DNA of 64,000 nt from Eledone cirrhosa. Taxonomy: Eukaryota. The number at the start of each line of letters is the position of its first letter. Position 1 is the stretch's first letter. Location of the stretch: assembly GCA_964016885.1 (NCBI GenBank), contig CAXHJY010000096.1, forward strand, positions 1,550,001-1,614,000, in the 5' to 3' direction. Of the stretch, positions 1 to 10,700 are shown one piece after another. The notes under the pieces were generated by a model. It saw only the letters and a list, made by a program, of their open reading frames with translations, was not told the origin of the DNA and searched no databases. A program made the position numbers and the translations under genes.

Positions 1-69
1 GATAAATTCCAGCCTCCAAGGGGAGATAATTTCCAGCCAGCCAAGGGGAGATAATTTGTAAAAAAATCA

Positions 70-96
70 GGGGGAGATAATTTGTAAAAAAAATCA
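70..96 (+). repeat. Exemplar type B monomer, 27 bp: GGGGGAGATAATTTGTAAAAAAAATCA (A-tract 7-11)
   Basis: Read directly; a tandem run of 9 B units spans about 44-290. Confidence 0.98.
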
Positions 97-830
97 GGGG
101 GAGATAATTTGTAAAAAAAAATCAGGGGGAGATAATTTGTAAAAAAAAATCAGGGGGAGAAAATTTGCAAAAAAAATCAGGGGGAGATAATTTGTAAAAA
201 AAAATCAGGGGTAGATAATTTGTAAAAAAAAATCAGGGGGAGATAATTTGTAAAAAAAAATCAGGGGGAGATAATTTGTAAAAAAAATCAAGGGGAGATA
301 ATTTCCAGCCGTCCAAGGAGAGATAATTTAAAAAAAAATCAGGCGGAGATAATTTGTAAAAAAAAATCAGGGGGAGATAATTTGTAAAAAAAATCAGGGG
401 GAGATAATTTGTAAAAAAAAATCAGGGGTAGATAATTTGTAAAAAAAAATCAGGGGGAGATAATTTGTAAAAAAAAATCAGGGGGAGATAATTTGTAAAA
501 AAAATCAAGGGGAGATAATTTCCAGCCGTCCAAGGGGAGATAATTTTCAGCCGTCCAAGGGGAGATAATTTCCCGCCAGCCAAGGGAAGATAATATTCAA
601 AAAAATCAGGCGGAGATAATTTGTAAAAAAAATCAGGGGGAGATAATTTGTAAAAAAATCAGGGGGAGATAATTTGTAAAAAAAAAAATCAGGGGGAGAT
701 AATTTTTAAAAAAAATCAGGGGGAGATAATTTGTAAAAAAAAATCAGGGGTAGATAATTTGTAAAAAAAAATCAGGGGGAGATAATTTGTAAAAAAAAAT
801 CAGGGGGAGATAATTTGTAAAAAAAATGAA

Positions 831-1230
831 AGGGGAGATAATATCCAGCCGTCCAAGGGGAGATAATTTCCAGCCGTCCAAGGGGAGATAATTTCCAGCC
901 GTCCAAGGGGAGATAATTTCCATCCTTCCAAGGGGATATAATTTCCAGCCGTCCAAGGGGAGATAATTTCCATCCTTCCAAGGGGATATAATTTCCAGCC
1001 GTCCAAGGGGAGATAATTTTCAGCCGTCCAAGGAGAGGTAATTTCTAGCCGTCCAAGGAGAGATAATTTCCAGCCGTCCAAGGGGAGATAATTTCCAGCC
1101 GTCCAAGGGGAGATAATTTCCAGCCGTCCAAGGAGACATATTTTCCAGCCGTCCAAGGAGAGGTAATTCCTAGCCGTCCAAGGGGAGATAAATTCCAGCC
1201 TCCAAGGGGAGATAATTTCCAGCCAGCCAA
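831..1230 (+). repeat. Module P: 16-unit A-block with a doubled CCATCCTTCC/GGGGATAT dimer; 10 copies in the window
   Basis: The same block is marked by ORF-track entries starting at 800, 2786, 6854, 10694, 14979, 25722, 32534, 39823, 50401 and 58289 (spacings 1986, 4068, 3840, 4285, 10743, 6812, 7289, 10578, 7888). Confidence 0.93.
856..880 (+). repeat. Exemplar type A monomer, 25 bp: AGGGGAGATAATTTCCAGCCGTCCA
   Basis: Read directly; perfect tandem copies follow. Consensus A-A junctions form CCAAGG (StyI site, CCWWGG). Confidence 0.98.
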
Positions 1231-1629
1231 GGGGAGATAATTTGTAAAAAAAATCAGGGGGAGATAATTTGTAAAAAAAATCAGGGGGAGATAATTTGTA
1301 AAAAAAAATCAGGGGGAGATAATTTGTAAAAAATAATCAGGGGGAGATAATTTGTAAAAAAAATCAAGGGGAGATAATTTCCAGCCGTCCAAGGGGAGAT
1401 AATTTTCAGCCGTCCAAGGGGAGATAATTTCCCGCCAGCCAAGGGAAGATAATATTTAAAAAAATTAGGCGGAGATAATTTGTAAAAAAAATCAGGGGGA
1501 GATAATTTGTAAAAAAATCAGGGGGAGATAATTTGTAAAAAAAATCAGGGGGAGATAATTTGTAAAAAAAATCAGGGGGAGATAATTTGTAAAAAAAAAT
1601 CAGGGGGAGATAATTTGTAAAAAAAATCA

Positions 1630-1780
1630 AGGGGAGATAATTTCCAGCCGTCCAAGGGAAGATAATTTCCAGCCCTCCAAGGGGCTATAATTTCCAGCGT
1701 CCAAGGGGAGATAATTTCCAGCCAGCGAAGGGGAGATAATTTTTTTTAAAAAATCATTGGGAGATTTGTAAAAAAAATCA
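1630..1780 (+). repeat. Module R: GGGAAGAT / CCCTCC / GGGGCTATAA / CAGCGTCC / CAGCGAAG / T8A6 / CATTGGGAGATTTG marker cassette; about 23 copies
   Basis: The GGGGCT marker occurs near 1681, 3667, 5546, 7735, 9414, 11364, 13882, 15386, 17602, 19227, 20962, 24484, 26603, 31296, 33388, 38585, 40704, 45318, 48664, 51282, 55899, 59170 and 63919. Confidence 0.92.
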
Positions 1781-4700
1781 GGGGGAGATAATTTGTAAAA
1801 AAAATCAAGGGGAGATAATTTCCAGCCGTCCAAGGGGAGGTAATATCTAGCCGTCCAAGGGGAGATAATTTCCAGCCGTCCAAGGGGAGATAATTTCCAG
1901 CCGTCCAAGGGTAGATAATATCCAGCCGTCCAAGGACATATTTTCCAGCCGTCCAAGGAGAGGTAATTTCTAGCCGTCCAAGGGGAGATAAATTCCAGCC
2001 TCCAAGGGGAGATAATTTCCAGCAAGCCAAGGGGAGATAATTTGTAAAAAAATCAGGGGGAGATAATTTGTAAAAAAAATCAGGGGGAGATAATTTGTAA
2101 AAAAAAATCAGGGGGAGATAATTTGTAAAAAAAAATCAGGGGGAGAAAATTTGCAAAAAAAATCAGGGGGAGATAATTTGTAAAAAAAAATCAGGGGTAG
2201 ATAATTTGTAAAAAAAAATCAGGGGGAGATAATTTGTAAAAAAAAATCAGGGGGAGATAATTTGTAAAAAAAATCAAGGGGAGATAATTTCCAGCCGTCC
2301 AAGGAGAGATAATTTAAAAAAAAATCAGGCGGAGATAATTTGTAAAAAAAAATCAGGGGGAGATAATTTGTAAAAAAAATCAGGGGGAGATAATTTGTAA
2401 AAAAAAATCAGGGGTAGATAATTTGTAAAAAAAAATCAGGGGGAGATAATTTGTAAAAAAAAATCAGGGGGAGATAATTTGTAAAAAAAATCAAGGGGAG
2501 ATAATTTCCAGCCGTCCAAGGGGAGATAATTTTCAGCCGTCCAAGGGGAGATAATTTCCCGCCAGCCAAGGGAAGATAATATTCAAAAAAATCAGGCGGA
2601 GATAATTTGTAAAAAAAATCAGGGGGAGATAATTTGTAAAAAAATCAGGGGGAGATAATTTGTAAAAAAAAAAATCAGGGGGAGATAATTTTTAAAAAAA
2701 ATCAGGGGGAGATAATTTGTAAAAAAAAATCAGGGGTAGATAATTTGTAAAAAAAAATCAGGGGGAGATAATTTGTAAAAAAAAATCAGGGGGAGATAAT
2801 TTGTAAAAAAAATGAAAGGGGAGATAATATCCAGCCGTCCAAGGGGAGATAATTTCCAGCCGTCCAAGGGGAGATAATTTCCAGCCGTCCAAGGGGAGAT
2901 AATTTCCATCCTTCCAAGGGGATATAATTTCCAGCCGTCCAAGGGGAGATAATTTCCATCCTTCCAAGGGGATATAATTTCCAGCCGTCCAAGGGGAGAT
3001 AATTTTCAGCCGTCCAAGGAGAGGTAATTTCTAGCCGTCCAAGGAGAGATAATTTCCAGCCGTCCAAGGGGAGATAATTTCCAGCCGTCCAAGGGGAGAT
3101 AATTTCCAGCCGTCCAAGGAGACATATTTTCCAGCCGTCCAAGGAGAGGTAATTCCTAGCCGTCCAAGGGGAGATAAATTCCAGCCTCCAAGGGGAGATA
3201 ATTTCCAGCCAGCCAAGGGGAGATAATTTGTAAAAAAAATCAGGGGGAGATAATTTGTAAAAAAAATCAGGGGGAGATAATTTGTAAAAAAAAATCAGGG
3301 GGAGATAATTTGTAAAAAATAATCAGGGGGAGATAATTTGTAAAAAAAATCAAGGGGAGATAATTTCCAGCCGTCCAAGGGGAGATAATTTTCAGCCGTC
3401 CAAGGGGAGATAATTTCCCGCCAGCCAAGGGAAGATAATATTTAAAAAAATTAGGCGGAGATAATTTGTAAAAAAAATCAGGGGGAGATAATTTGTAAAA
3501 AAATCAGGGGGAGATAATTTGTAAAAAAAATCAGGGGGAGATAATTTGTAAAAAAAATCAGGGGGAGATAATTTGTAAAAAAAAATCAGGGGGAGATAAT
3601 TTGTAAAAAAAATCAAGGGGAGATAATTTCCAGCCGTCCAAGGGAAGATAATTTCCAGCCCTCCAAGGGGCTATAATTTCCAGCGTCCAAGGGGAGATAA
3701 TTTCCAGCCAGCGAAGGGGAGATAATTTTTTTTAAAAAATCATTGGGAGATTTGTAAAAAAAATCAGGGGGAGATAATTTGTAAAAAAAATCAAGGGGAG
3801 ATAATTTCCAGCCGTCCAAGGGGAGGTAATATCTAGCCGTCCAAGGGGAGATAATTTCCAGCCGTCCAAGGGGAGATAATTTCCAGCCGTCCAAGGGTAG
3901 ATAATATCCAGCCGTCCAAGGACATATTTTCCAGCCGTCCAAGGAGAGGTAATTTCTAGCCGTCCAAGGGGAGATAAATTCCAGCCTCCAAGGTGAGATA
4001 ATTTCCAGCCAGCCAAGGGGAGATAATTTGTAAAAAAATCAGGGGGAGATAATTTGTAAAAAAAATCAGGGGGAGATAATTTGTAAAAAAAAATCAGGGG
4101 GAGATAATTTGTAAAAAAAATCAGGGGGAGATAATTTGTAAAAAAAAATCAGGGGGAGATAATTTGTAAAAAAAATCAAGGGGAGATAATTTCCAGCCGT
4201 CCAAGGGGAGATAATTTCCCGCCAGCCAAGGGAAGATAATATTTAAAAAAATCAGGCGGAGATAATTTGTAAAAAAAATCAGGGGGAGATAATTTGTAAA
4301 AAAATCAGGGGGAGATAATTTGTAAAAAAAAAATCAGGGGGAGATAATTTGTAAAAAAAATCAGGGGGAGATAATTTGTAAAAAAAAATCAGGGGTAGAT
4401 AAATTGTAAAAAAAAATCAGGGGGAGATAATTTGTAAAAAAAATGAAAGGGGAGATAATATCCAGCCGTCCAAGGGGAGATAATTTCCAGCCGTCCAAGG
4501 GGAGATAATTTCCAGCCGTCCAAGGGGAGATAATTTCCATCCTTCCAAGGGGATATAATTTCCAGCCGTCCAAGGGGAGATAATTTCCCGCCAGCCAAGG
4601 GAAGATAATTTTTAAAAAAATCAGGCGGAGATTGTAAAAAAAATCAGGGGGGAGATAATTTGTAAAAAAATCAGGGGGAGATAATTTGTAAAAAATAATC

Positions 4701-7700
4701 AGGGGGAGATAATTTGTAAAAAAAAATCAAGGGGAGATAATTTCCAGCCGTCCAAGGGGAGATAATTTCCCGCCAGCCAAGGGAAGATAATATTTAAAAA
4801 AATTAGGCGGAGATAATTTGTAAAAAAAATCAGGGGGAGATAATTTGTAAAAAAATCAGGGGGAGATAATTTGTAAAAAAAATCAGGGGGAGATAATTTG
4901 TAAAAAAAATCATGGGGAGATAATTTGTAAAAAAAAATCAGGGGTAGATAATTTGTAAAAAAAAATCAGGGGGAGATAATTTGTAAAAAAAAATCAGGGG
5001 GAGATAATTTGTAAAAAAAATCAAGGGGAGATAATTTCCAGCCGTCCAAGGGGAGATAATTTTCAGCTGTCCAAGGAGAGGTAATTTCTAGCCGTCCAAG
5101 GGGAGATAATTTCCAGCCGTCCAAGGGGAGGTAATTTCCAGCCGTCCAAGGGGAGATAATTTAAAAAAAAAAATCAGGCGGAGATAATTTGTAAAAAAAA
5201 TCAAGGGGAGATAATTTGCAGCCGTCCAAGGGGAGATAATTTTCAGTCGTCCAAGGAGAGGTAATTTCTAGCCGTCCAAGGGGAGATAATTGCCAGCCGT
5301 CCAAGGGGAGATAATTTCCAGCCGTCCAAGGGGAGATAATTTTTTTTAAAAAATCAGGCGGAGATAATTTGTAAAAAAAATCAGGGGGAGATAATTTGTA
5401 AAAAAAATCAGGGGGAGATAATTTGTAAAAAAAAATCAGGGGTAGATAATTTGTAAAAAAAAATCAGGGGGAGATAATTTGTAAAAAAAATCAAGGGGAG
5501 ATAATTTCCAGCCGTCCAAGGGAAGATAATTTCCAGCCCCACAAGGGGCTATAATTTCCAGCGTCCAAGGGGAGATAATTTCCAGCCAGCGAAGGGGAGA
5601 TAATTTTTTAAAAAAAATCATTGGGAGATTTGTAAAAAAAATCAGGGGGAGATAATTTGTAAAAAAAATCAAGGGGAGATAATTTCCAGCCGTCCAAGGG
5701 GAGGTAATATCTAGCCGTCCAAGGGTAGATAATTTCCAGCCGTCCAACGGGAGATAATTTCCAGCCGTCCAAGGGTAGATAATATCCAGCCGCCCAAGGA
5801 CATATTTTCCAGCCGTCCAAGGAGAGGTAATTTCTAGCCGTCCAAGGGGAGATAATTTCCAGCCGTCCAAGGGTAGATAATATCCAGCCGTCCAAGGACA
5901 TATTTTCCAGCCGTCCAAGGAGAGGTAATTTCTAGCCGTCCAAGGGGAGATAAATTCCAGCCTCCAAGGGGAGATAATTTCCAGCCAGCCAAGGGGAGAT
6001 AATTTGTAAAAAAATCAGGGGGAGATAATTTGTAAAAAAAATCAGGGGGAGATAATTTGTAAAAAAAAATCAGGGGGAGATAATTTGTAAAAAAAAATCA
6101 GGGGGAGATAATTTGCAAAAAAAATCAGGGGGAGATAATTTGTAAAAAAAAATCAGGGGTAGATAATTTGTAAAAAAAAATCAGGGGGAGATAATTTGTA
6201 AAAAAAAATCAGGGGGAGATAATTTGTAAAAAAAATCAAGGGGAGATAATTTCCAGCCGTCCAAGGAGAGATAATTTAAAAAAAAATCAGGCGGAGATAA
6301 TTTGTAAAAAAAAATCAGGGGGAGATAATTTGTAAAAAAAAATCAGGGGGAGATAATTTGTAAAAAAAAATCAGGGGGAGATAATTTGTAAAAAAAATCA
6401 GGAGGAGATAATTTGTAAAAAAAATCAAGGGGAGATAATTTCCAGCCGTCCAAGGAGAGATAATTTAAAAAAAAATCAGGCGGAGATAATTTGTAAAAAA
6501 AAATCAGGGGGAGATAATTTGTAAAAAAAAATCAGGGGGAGATAATTTGTAAAAAAAATCAAGGGGAGATAATTTCCAGCCGTCCAAGGGGAGATAATTT
6601 TCAGCCGTCCAAGGGGAGATAATTTCCCGCCAGCCAAGGGAAGATAATATTCAAAAAAATCAGACGGAGATAATTTGTAAAAAAAATCAGGGGGAGATAA
6701 TTTGTAAAAAAATCAGGGGGAGATAATTTGTAAAAAAAAAAATCAGGGGGAGATAATTTTTAAAAAAAATCAGGGGGAGATAATTTGTAAAAAAAAATCA
6801 GGGGTAGATAATTTGTAAAAAAAAATCAGGGGGAGATAATTTGTAAAAAAAAATCAGGGGGAGATAACTTGTAAAAAAAATGAAAGGGGAGATAATATCC
6901 AGCCGTCCAAGGGGAGATAATTTCCAGCCGTCCAAGGGGAGATAATTTCCAGCCGTCCAAGGGGAGATAATTTCCATCCTTCCAAGGGGATATAATTTCC
7001 AGCCGTCCAAGGGGAGATAATTTCCATCCTTCCAAGGGGATATAATTTCCAGCCGTCCAAGGGGAGATAATTTTCAGCCGTCCAAGGAGAGGTAATTTCT
7101 AGCCGTCCAAGGAGAGATAATTTCCAGCCGTCCAAGGGGAGATAATTTCCAGCCGTCCAAGGGGAGATAATTTCCAGCCGTCCAAGGAGACATATTTTCC
7201 AGCCGTCCAAGGAGAGGTAATTCCTAGCCGTCCAAGGGGAGATAAATTCCAGCCTCCAAGGGGAGATAATTTCCAGCCAGCCAAGGGGAGATAATTTGTA
7301 AAAAAAATCAGGGGGAGATAATTTGTAAAAAAAATCAGGGGGAGATAATTTGTAAAAAAAAATCAGGGGTAGATAATTTGTAAAAAATAATCAGGGGGAG
7401 ATAATTTGTAAAAAAAATCAAGGGGAGATAATTTCCAGCCGTCCAAGGGGAGATAATTTTCAGCCGTCCAAGGGGAGATAATTTCCCGCCAGCCAAGGGA
7501 AGATAATATTTAAAAAAATTAGGCGGAGATAATTTGTAAAAAAAATCAGGCGGAGATAATTTGTAAAAAAATCAGGGGGAGATAATTTGTAAAAAAAATC
7601 AGGGGGAGATAATTTGTAAAAAAAATCAGGGGGAGATAATTTGTAAAAAAAAATCAGGGGGAGATAATTTGTAAAAAAAATCAAGGGGAGATAATTTCCA

Positions 7701-10700
7701 GCCGTCCAAGGGAAGATAATTTCCAGCCCTCCAAGGGGCTATAATTTCCAGCGTCCAAGGGGAGATAATTTCCAGCCAGCGAAGGGGAGATAATTTTTTT
7801 TAAAAAATCATTGGGAGATTTGTAAAAAAAATCAGGGGGAGATAATTTGTAAAAAAAATCAAGGGGAGATAATTTCCAGCCGTCCAAGGGGAGGTAATAT
7901 CTAGCCGTCCAAGGGGAGATAATTTCCAGCCGTCCAAGGGGAGATAATTTCCAGCCGTCCAAGGGTAGATAATATCCAGCCGTCCAAGGACATATTTTCC
8001 AGCCGTCCAAGGAGAGGTAATTTCTAGCCGTCCAAGGGGAGATAAATTCCAGCCTCCAAGGTGAGATAATTTCCAGCCAGCCAAGGGGAGATAATTTGTA
8101 AAAAAATCAGGGGGAGATAATTTGTAAAAAAAATCAGGGGGAGATAATTTGTAAAAAAAAATCAGGGGGAGATAATTTGTAAAAAAAATCAAGGGGAGAT
8201 AATTTCCAGCCGTCCAAGGGGAGATAATTTCCCGCCAGCCAAGGGAAGATAATATTTAAAAAAATCAGGCGGAGATAATTTGTAAAAAAAATCAGGGGGA
8301 GATAATTTGTAAAAAAATCAGGGGGAGATAATTTGTAAAAAAAAATCAGGGGGAGATAATTTGTAAAAAAAATCAGGGGGAGATAATTTGTAAAAAAAAA
8401 TCAGGGGTAGATAAATTGTAAAAAAAAATCAGGGGGAGATAATTTGTAAAAAAAATCAGGGGGAGATAATTTGTAAAAAAAATGAAAGGGGAGATAATAT
8501 CCAGCCGTCCAAGGGGAGATAATTTCCAGCCGTCCAAGGGGAGATAATTTCCAGCCGTCCAAGGGGAGATAATTTCCATCCTTCCAAGGGGATATAATTT
8601 CCAGCCGTCCAAGGGGAGATAATTTCCCGCCAGCCAAGGGAAGATAATTTTTAAAAAAATCAGGCGGAGATTGTAAAAAAAATCAGGGGGGAGATAATTT
8701 GTAAAAAAATCAGGGGGAGATAATTTGTAAAAAAAAATCAGGGGGAGATAATTTGTAAAAAATAATCAGGGGGAGATAATTTGTAAAAAGAAATCAAGGG
8801 GAGATAATTTCCAGCCGTCCAAGGGGAGGTAATATCTAGCCGTCCAAGGGGAGATAATTTCCAGCCGTCCAACGGGAGATAATTTCCAGCCGTCCATGGG
8901 TAGATAATATCCAGCCGCCCAAGGACATATTTTCCAGCCGTCCAAGGAGAGGTAATTTCTAGCCGTCCAAAGGGAGATAATTACAGCCGTCCAAGGGTAG
9001 ATAATATCCAGCCGTCCAAGGACATATTTTCCAGCCGTCCAAGGAGAGGTAATTTCTAGCCGTCCAAGGGGAGATAAATTCCAGCCTCCAAGGGGAGATA
9101 ATTTCCAGCCAGCCAAGGGGAGATAATTTGTAAAAAAATCAGGGGGAGATAATTTGTAAAAAAAATCAGGGGGAGATAATTTGTAAAAAAAAATCAGGGG
9201 GAGATAATTTGTAAAAAAAAATCAGGGGGAGATAATTTGCAAAAAAAATCAGGGGGAGATAATTTGTAAAAAAAAAATCAGGGGTAGATAATTTGTAAAA
9301 AAAATCAGGGGGAGATAATTTGTAAAAAAAAATCAGGGGGAGATAATTTGTAAAAAAAATCAAGGGGAGATAATTTCCAGCCGTCCAAGGGAAGATAATT
9401 TCCAGCCCTCCAAGGGGCTATAATTTCCAGCGTCCAAGGGGAGATAATTTCCAGCCAGCGAAGGGGAGATAATTTTTTTTAAAAAATCATTGGGAGATTT
9501 GTAAAAAAAATCAGGGGGAGATAATTTGTAAAAAAAATCAAGGGGAGATAATTTCCAGCCGTCCAAGGGGAGGTAATATCTAGCCGTCCAAGGGGAGATA
9601 ATTTCCAGCCGTCCAACGGGAGATAATTTCCAGCCGTCCATGGGTAGATAATATCCAGCCGCCCAAGGACATATTTTCCAGCCGTCCAAGGAGAGGTAAT
9701 TTCTAGCCGTCCAAGGGGAGATAATTTCCAGCCGTCCAAGGGTAGATAATATCCAGCCGTCCAAGGACATATTTTCCAGCCGTCCAAGGAGAGGTAATTT
9801 CTAGCCGTCCAAGGGGAGATAAATTCCAGTCTCCAAGGGGAGATAATTTCCAGCCAGCCAAGGGGAGATAATTTGTAAAAAAATCAGGGGGAGATAATTT
9901 GTAAAAAAAATCAGGGGGAGATAATTTGTAAAAAAAAATCAGGGGGAGATAATTTGTAAAAAAAAATCAGGGGGAGAAAATTTGCAAAAAAAATCAGGGG
10001 GAGATAATTTGTAAAAAAAAATCAGGGGTAGATAATTTGTAAAAAAAAATCAGGGGGAGATAATTTGTAAAAAAAAATCAGGGGGAGATAATTTGTAAAA
10101 AAAATCAAGGGGAGATAATTTCCAGCCGTCCAAGGAGAGATAATTTTAAAAAAAATCAGGCGGAGATAATTTGTAAAAAAAAATCAGGGGGAGATAATTT
10201 GTAAAAAAAATCAGGGGGAGATAATTTGTAAAAAAAAATCAGGGGTAGATAATTTGTAAAAAAAAATCAGGGGGAGATAATTTGTAAAAAAAAATCAGGG
10301 GGAGATAATTTGTAAAAAAAATCAAGGGGAGATAATTTCCAGCCGTCCAAGGAGAGATAATTTAAAAAAAAATCAGGGGGAGATAATTTGTAAAAAAAAT
10401 CAAGGGGAGATAATTTCCAGCCGTCCAAGGGGAGATAATTTTGAGCCGTCCAAGGGGAGATAATTTCCCGCCAGCCAAGGGAAGATAATATTCAAAAAAA
10501 TCAGGCGGAGATAATTTGTAAAAAAAATCAGGGGGAGATAATTTGTAAAAAAATCAGGGGGAGATAATTTGTAAAAAAAAAATCAGGGGGAGATAATTTG
10601 TAAAAAAAATCAGGGCGAGATAATTTGTAAAAAAAAATCAGGGGTAGATAATTTGTAAAAAAAAATCAGGGGGAGATAATTTGTAAAAAAAAATCAGGGG

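Larger units (their letters stand above)
1..3972 (+). repeat. Two near-identical tandem higher-order repeat units of 1,986 bp
   Basis: Position 1 (GATAAATTCCAGCCTCC) recurs at 1987. ORF-track pairs 744/2730, 800/2786, 1406/3392 and 1627/3613 all differ by 1,986. Confidence 0.95.

Noticed and set aside
70-96. GGAG as Shine-Dalgarno, or the core as a plasmid iteron
   Set aside because: No downstream + strand ORF or rep gene is present, and the copy number and scale are far beyond iteron arrays.
1040-1050. RIP-like or methylation-driven C-to-T signature (CTAGCC, ATTAGG, CAGTGTCC, CAGCTGTCC)
   Set aside because: There are only a few founder changes amplified by duplication, G-to-T and other transversions look similarly common, and most CpG and CpA sites are intact. 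The pattern cannot be supported without counting.
1740-1756. T-runs/A-runs as intrinsic terminators or retrotransposon poly-A tails
   Set aside because: There is no GC-rich hairpin and no upstream gene or element body; the tracts are integral parts of B monomers.
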